64,000 nucleotides of DNA, taken from the IMG/VR virus record IMGVR_UViG_3300033463_000003; one strand, 5' to 3'. A program made the position numbers and the translations under genes. Below are positions 58,856 to 64,000 of this stretch, piece after piece. Under the pieces are notes generated by a model. That model made no database searches. It had not been told where the DNA came from and saw only the letters and a program-made list of their open reading frames with translations. This DNA is from a virus. Taxonomy: Duplodnaviria; Heunggongvirae; Uroviricota; Caudoviricetes. The first letter of the stretch is position 1, and each line of letters starts with the position of its first letter.

Positions 58856-60511
58856 ATGCCACAAATTGTTATTAGAGAACATGATAAAACAAAAGCCGGC
58901 CTTGGTACCTACTCAAATTTTTCTGTTTTAATTCCAGGATTTATCAGTTCAACTGCAGTTGCTACTGATTTATGGGATGATAACGATATTCTTGAGTTAA
59001 ATAACCAAGCTGATTTTGAAAAATATATTGGCAAAGTTGCTGCTGATGTAAATCCACAAACTGCTGAAGCACCTGTATTCACATATCCAGAAGCATGGAG
59101 GGTGGAAGAAAAAGATGGTGACGTCGTTACCGCAGTTACATATAACATTACAGGAAAATTAACTGCTGATGAATTTTATGGAACATTCGGTGGAAGAGTT
59201 TATGAAAAAGTAGCTTGGGAAGCTGGTATAACACCATATGATGGTGAATTAGCTGTTGCAGCCACTGCTGAAGATGAAGTTGAAACTGATCCAGAAACAG
59301 GCGTTGTAACTACACATAAAGGAGCTGAACAAGGCCGTTATGTTAAAAGAACACAAGGTTGGAATGCAAATACAAACTATTGTATTATTGAGCCAGAAAA
59401 TATTGGCCGTGATGCAAGAAGCGTTACACCACAAATTGGTAACCAAATTGCTTATGAATTATTAGGATTAGGTTATACTGTATTATATAAGAAAATTATT
59501 GCTGAAAATATTGCATTTAGTAATAATGATGAAGAGTCAAGTGGCATTCAAATGTCAGAATATGATTTCTGGAGACCATTTGAAGATAAAGCAACCTATG
59601 ATTTCAGATATGTAGTTACTGGATTCTGCGGTGAAGATGATACTCAACCATATAAAGATGTTAATAGCAGAATTAGTGAATTAGCAAATGCTCGTGGCGA
59701 TTGTATTGCTCTTGTTGATATTCCAAAAGAAGTTTATAAAACATACAGTAGCTGGAAATCCGATGTTATTGCTTATGCTAATGCATTAAGTAATGCTAAT
59801 AAGTATACAGCTTTATTTATGCCAGTTGTTACATATGACATGAATAGTGATGCAACATATCAAAATGATACATTCCCAGCATACTTCCATTATTTACTTT
59901 GTGCAAGTGATGCATTTGTTAACTATCCAGAATGGTTTGCTGTTGCTGGATATACTCGTGGTATTTCTTCTGTCTATAATATTAAGAGCACACAAATTAA
60001 ACTTGGTGATGCTGCAATTAATGCACTTGAACCAAGAAGCACAAGTGGTACTGGCAGATTAACAAAGGCTATCAATGTTGTTGCAAATATTAAAGGTACT
60101 TACTATTTATGGGGCAATAGAACTGCTCACTTACTTGGTACAACTGGTGATCCTGTTAATGGTGATCTTGTTGCAAGCCACTTCTTAAATATTAGACAAC
60201 TTTGTACTACATTAAAGAAACAACTTTATGTTGCATGCCGTAAGTTCACATTTGATCCAAATAGTGATACATTATGGGCAAACTTCTGTAATGCAATTAC
60301 ACCAACCCTTGATAAAATGAAAGCAAATCAAGGTATTGATGATTATAAAATTATCAAAGTTCCAACAGATACTAAAGCATTATTACAAGCTAAGATTAGA
60401 ATTGTTCCAATTGAAGCTGTTGAAGATTTTGAAATTGACTTATACTTAGAAGATTCAATTTCTGGTGCTGATGTTGAAATTGATGAAGGAACTGTTGGTA
60501 CAAATAACTAA
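58856..60511 (+). CDS. Tail sheath protein
   Basis: RGDCIALVD, WFAVAGYTRG, WGNRT, LNIRQL, FDPN. Confidence 0.92.
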   Translation: MPQIVIREHDKTKAGLGTYSNFSVLIPGFISSTAVATDLWDDNDILELNNQADFEKYIGKVAADVNPQTAEAPVFTYPEAWRVEEKDGDVVTAVTYNITGKLTADEFYGTFGGRVYEKVAWEAGITPYDGELAVAATAEDEVETDPETGVVTTHKGAEQGRYVKRTQGWNANTNYCIIEPENIGRDARSVTPQIGNQIAYELLGLGYTVLYKKIIAENIAFSNNDEESSGIQMSEYDFWRPFEDKATYDFRYVVTGFCGEDDTQPYKDVNSRISELANARGDCIALVDIPKEVYKTYSSWKSDVIAYANALSNANKYTALFMPVVTYDMNSDATYQNDTFPAYFHYLLCASDAFVNYPEWFAVAGYTRGISSVYNIKSTQIKLGDAAINALEPRSTSGTGRLTKAINVVANIKGTYYLWGNRTAHLLGTTGDPVNGDLVASHFLNIRQLCTTLKKQLYVACRKFTFDPNSDTLWANFCNAITPTLDKMKANQGIDDYKIIKVPTDTKALLQAKIRIVPIEAVEDFEIDLYLEDSISGADVEIDEGTVGTNN

Positions 60512-60531
60512 GGTAAAGGAGAAAATAAATT

Positions 60532-61125
60532 ATGGCAAATTACGAACCAAGTTTATCAGGACAACACATTAGCTCAAATCTTGCTAATTATGAAGCAGCA
60601 AGAACTGGCTTCTTCTCATTCTTAGTAAATGATATCGACAATATTATCAGAGCAACTTATACTGGTGATAGAACAAAAGATATTCCAGCAAGTGATAAAA
60701 TTGCAAATGCTCAACAATATCTTAAATTAAACGTTGTTAAAGCAGATGTCCCACACTTTAGCTTAGAACCATTACAATACAAACGTGGTAATGACACAAT
60801 CAAGTTTGCTGGTACTCCAACATTTGATGCTGGTACAATTACAGTTGATGATGTCGTTGGACTTGATACTAAATCAATCTTAATGGCATGGCAAGCACTT
60901 GCTTATGATGTATACTCACGTCGTGGTGGAAGAATGGTTGACTATAAGAAAGATTGTACTCTTATTGAATACACCCAAGATTTCCAACAAATTAGAAGCT
61001 GGAAGTTATATGGCTGCTGGATTTCTGATTTAAGTGAAGATGCATTTGATAAAGAAAATGATGGCAAACGTCAAATTTCTGCAACTATTCAATATGATAG
61101 AGCTGAAATGATTATGCCTCAATAG
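60532..61125 (+). CDS. Tail tube protein
   Basis: KFAGTPTF, YKKD, WKLYGCW; directly after sheath. Confidence 0.88.
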   Translation: MANYEPSLSGQHISSNLANYEAARTGFFSFLVNDIDNIIRATYTGDRTKDIPASDKIANAQQYLKLNVVKADVPHFSLEPLQYKRGNDTIKFAGTPTFDAGTITVDDVVGLDTKSILMAWQALAYDVYSRRGGRMVDYKKDCTLIEYTQDFQQIRSWKLYGCWISDLSEDAFDKENDGKRQISATIQYDRAEMIMPQ

Positions 61126-61269
61126 TTATCAGCAAAATAACTTAATATAAAAGGTTAAGCAAAGCTTAATCTTTTTATTTTACAAAATAGATTTAATAAA
61201 AATTTAATAAAAATAAAAGCAATAAAATTGCTAAATTATATAGAAACTTGAAAGGAATAAAGTTGTAAT

Positions 61270-61431
61270 ATGGGAAGGATTAAATTAGACAGAAGCAACA
61301 AAGTAATGCAATCTTTTGAATCATCTAAACCGCTTAAAGAACGACTTGAAAAAATTGCTCAAAAGAAAAATATTACTGTGTCTGCTTTAATCAGACAAAT
61401 CTTAGAAAACTATATTGAAGAAAGGAATTAA
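61270..61431 (+). CDS. Second ribbon-helix-helix regulator, not in ORF track
   Basis: MGRIKLDRSNKVMQSFESSKPLKERLEKIAQKKNITVSALIRQILENYI. Confidence 0.75.
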   Translation: MGRIKLDRSNKVMQSFESSKPLKERLEKIAQKKNITVSALIRQILENYIEERN

Positions 61432-61432
61432 T

Positions 61433-62203
61433 ATGGAAATGGAGAGACAAGAAAATTACACAATTATGGAAGGTTATGAATTACCTTCTAAGGGCCTTAT
61501 TTATGACAAAAAGGTCAATCCACATGTTGAATTAAGAAGCATGACTGCAAGGGATGAAATGAAACGTTTATCCCCATCATCTACACCATTCAAAACACTT
61601 GCTGACATTATTGAAGGCTGCTTAATTGAAAAGCCAGCAGTTCATGTTTATGATATGGCTATTGGTGATTATGAATATTTATTACATAAGTTAAGAATTG
61701 TTACTTATGGTGATGAATATAAAGTTGAATTACAATGTCCATTCTGTGGCGAAACATTTGATGCAATAACTCACTTAGAAGATATTGCTGTTAAAGATTT
61801 CGATCAAGAAAAATTTGAAAAACTTAGAAATTTAAAATTACCTAAGAGTGGTGATGATATTGTATTAAAATTCCAGACACCACATATTCTTGATGAAATT
61901 GATAGCAAAACACGTGAATATAAACGTAAATATAAAGATGCTTCTATCAGTTTTGATCTATTAGCCATATTAATTTGTTCAATCGAGTCTGTTAATGGCG
62001 TTGAATATGCTGAGTATGATTTAGAAAACTATATTAATAAATTACCAGCTATGGATATGACAAAAATTATTAACACACTTGATGAGTTAAATAAATGCGT
62101 CGGTATCGAAAATGAATTACAAGTAACATGTAAACATTGTGGTGGCGACGTAAATACCTTTTTTCGCTTCGGGACCGAATTTTTTAGACCCTCAACTATC
62201 TAG
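61433..62203 (+). CDS. Tail assembly chaperone / baseplate-hub (gp26-like) protein
   Basis: ELPSKG..Y, LRSMTARDE, LRIVTYG, CPFCG, CKHCG, EFFRP. Confidence 0.8.
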   Translation: MEMERQENYTIMEGYELPSKGLIYDKKVNPHVELRSMTARDEMKRLSPSSTPFKTLADIIEGCLIEKPAVHVYDMAIGDYEYLLHKLRIVTYGDEYKVELQCPFCGETFDAITHLEDIAVKDFDQEKFEKLRNLKLPKSGDDIVLKFQTPHILDEIDSKTREYKRKYKDASISFDLLAILICSIESVNGVEYAEYDLENYINKLPAMDMTKIINTLDELNKCVGIENELQVTCKHCGGDVNTFFRFGTEFFRPSTI

Positions 62204-62408
62204 GGATGGTAAACCTTACGGTCCTAAAAGATTTAAGGAAATTATTAGGGAATGCTGGTATATAAGTGATAATTTACATACTAGCTATACAGATGTATTA
62301 GATTTAAGCTTTCAAGAAAGAGTTTATCTAATAGAATGTATTAATGAAAAGCAGGCAGCAACAAAAAAAGCTATTGACGAAATACAAGCAAAAAACAAGA
62401 GTAAATAG
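62154..62408 (+). CDS. Startless ORF, probable frameshift extension of the tail chaperone
   Basis: Open +1 frame, no ATG/SD; SYTDVLDLSFQERVYLI resembles tail-chaperone second domains. Confidence 0.6.
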   Translation: MPFFASGPNFLDPQLSRDGKPYGPKRFKEIIRECWYISDNLHTSYTDVLDLSFQERVYLIECINEKQAATKKAIDEIQAKNKSK

Positions 62409-62430
62409 CTAAATTATACGAGGTATTTTT

Positions 62431-64000
62431 ATGGATGCAATAACAGAGTATGAGGCAAAGTTAAAAGAATCTAATTCAAAACTTAGCGCTTATGAGTTTG
62501 AAATGGAAGATAAGCTTTATAAGCTACGCCTTTCAAATACAGAAAAACTTGCAGAAGCTAAGGCAAAATATGACACTGCTGGATATGATAAGATAGCCAA
62601 GCTCGGTTTATTAGCAACCAAAAAAGATTTAGAAAATGCTCAGAAAGCTGCCCATGCTGCCGCTGAATTAAAATACCGTGAAGAACGTGGTATAAAAGGC
62701 AAGCTTTCAAAAGAAGATAAGAAAGCATTAGCTGCACAATTTGCTGAGCAAGATGCTAACTTAACTAAAAAATATAAAAAAGAATCTAAATTAGCAGACC
62801 AAATACATAAGCAAGCACAAAAGAATATTGCTGCTGAAAATGCACAAAGAGCTGCTGGTGCCTTAAAAGAAGGTTTATTTGGCAGCGGAAAATCAATGGC
62901 TGAAAGAAAACAAGCCTTATATGATGCTTTCCACCAAAATAAAGATGGCAGTAAAAATACTCTTGCTGGTTTAGCAACATTAACAAATGCTTTATCTGAC
63001 TTAACAAAACAATTAGATAGTAGTATTGAAGAAATTGCCAAACAAAAAGGTGCTATTGATACACGTTTACAAGGCTCTGGTTTAAAAAGGAGACTTGGTT
63101 CATATTGGGATGCTATAAGTAATGACATTATTGGTGTAGCAGGTGTTTCGCCATTAGTTAGACAATCCGATGTTGTTAAAAATGTTGGCACAATGGTTGA
63201 TGCAGGTATTGCATATAACGTTGAACAACGTGCTTTTTTACAAACAATTAAAGATAAAATTGCAACTACATTTGATGCTAATAATGGTACACTTTTAAGA
63301 TTAGTTCGTATTCAACAACAAGATTCCACAGCTGCTCGTTTAGGCATGGAGTCTGCAATGAACTCATTCTTAAATAATATGTATGAAAATACAGAATATT
63401 TAAAAGGTGTTGCAACTGCTGTTAAGAGCAACTTAGAAGAAGCTATGTCATTAATGTCTGCAACTGATGCTGTAAGCTTTGAATATCAAGTCCAAAAATG
63501 GATGGGTTCATTATACTCTGTTGGTATGTCCCAAGGTGCTGTTCAAGGTTTAGCAGGTGTCGTTGGTAAATTAGCTGCTGGTGATATTTCAGGTATTACT
63601 GGTGGTGGACAAGGAAACTTATTAGTTATGGCTGCAAATAAAGCTAATCTTTCACTTGCAGATATGTTAGCTAATGGTTTAAATGATTCTGATACAAATA
63701 GATTATTAGATGCAATGGTTGACTACTTAGCACAAATTGCTAATGACTCTAAAAATAGTAGAGTAGTTCAACAACAAATTGCTAATGTTTATGGATTAAC
63801 TGCATCTGATTTAAAAGCTGCCACAACACTATCTAAATCAAGAAAAGCTGTTGCAGGTGAATATTTAAGCTATAATGGTGCTCTTGCTCAATTAACAAGT
63901 ATGGCAAGCAGTATGTATAGCCGTACAAGTATTGGTGAAATGATGACCAATGTTTGGGATAACTTTAAATATACAATGGCTGGTGGTATTGCTTCTAACC
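62431..64000 (+). CDS. Tape measure protein (3'-truncated by window)
   Basis: GAGGT SD, long open Ala/Lys-rich helical ORF after the tail chaperone. Confidence 0.8.
   Translation, partial: MDAITEYEAKLKESNSKLSAYEFEMEDKLYKLRLSNTEKLAEAKAKYDTAGYDKIAKLGLLATKKDLENAQKAAHAAAELKYREERGIKGKLSKEDKKALAAQFAEQDANLTKKYKKESKLADQIHKQAQKNIAAENAQRAAGALKEGLFGSGKSMAERKQALYDAFHQNKDGSKNTLAGLATLTNALSDLTKQLDSSIEEIAKQKGAIDTRLQGSGLKRRLGSYWDAISNDIIGVAGVSPLVRQSDVVKNVGTMVDAGIAYNVEQRAFLQTIKDKIATTFDANNGTLLRLVRIQQQDSTAARLGMESAMNSFLNNMYENTEYLKGVATAVKSNLEEAMSLMSATDAVSFEYQVQKWMGSLYSVGMSQGAVQGLAGVVGKLAAGDISGITGGGQGNLLVMAANKANLSLADMLANGLNDSDTNRLLDAMVDYLAQIANDSKNSRVVQQQIANVYGLTASDLKAATTLSKSRKAVAGEYLSYNGALAQLTSMASSMYSRTSIGEMMTNVWDNFKYTMAGGIASN

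Noticed and set aside
33875-63191. Ser/Phe-rich minus-strand ORFs in the track (e.g. 33875, 45415, 54059, 55885, 62640)
   Set aside because: Antisense shadows of Glu/Lys-rich + strand genes.

Overview
A 64-kb, AT-rich, entirely + strand segment of a large T4-like (contractile-tail) phage genome. It runs: a tRNA array (11 tRNAs) with interspersed structured RNAs; an RNA-metabolism/repair region (Thg1-like, PNK-phosphatase-ligase, TerD-like protein, ~1.85 kb ORF-free structured RNA block); DNA metabolism (SbcD/SbcC, putative late sigma, TopA); then a late region (MoxR-peptidase-vWA triad, acidic head proteins, terminase, portal, protease-scaffold, major capsid, glycan-modifying enzymes, neck, sheath, tube, tail chaperone, tape measure). 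TGA is read as Trp (code 4), so many ORF-track fragments join into single genes. TGA use is very uneven: none in genes before 16.2 kb or in the abundant structural proteins, but many in terminase, neck, tail terminator and a 942-aa glycan enzyme. Top leads: (1) four covarying stem elements GA-N5-UACUUAUUUCU...AGU-N5'-CAA, some carrying tRNA-arm mimics, with one in the leader of a helical+TerD-like protein, suggesting an undescribed Ro/Y-RNA-like RNP tied to RNA repair; (2) selective TGA recoding, including codon-3 TGAs; (3) late glycan enzymes sharing a C-terminal ADGxxNx(Y/F)LYF tag; (4) the large ncRNA block. All protein calls come from motif recognition by eye; no searches were run.
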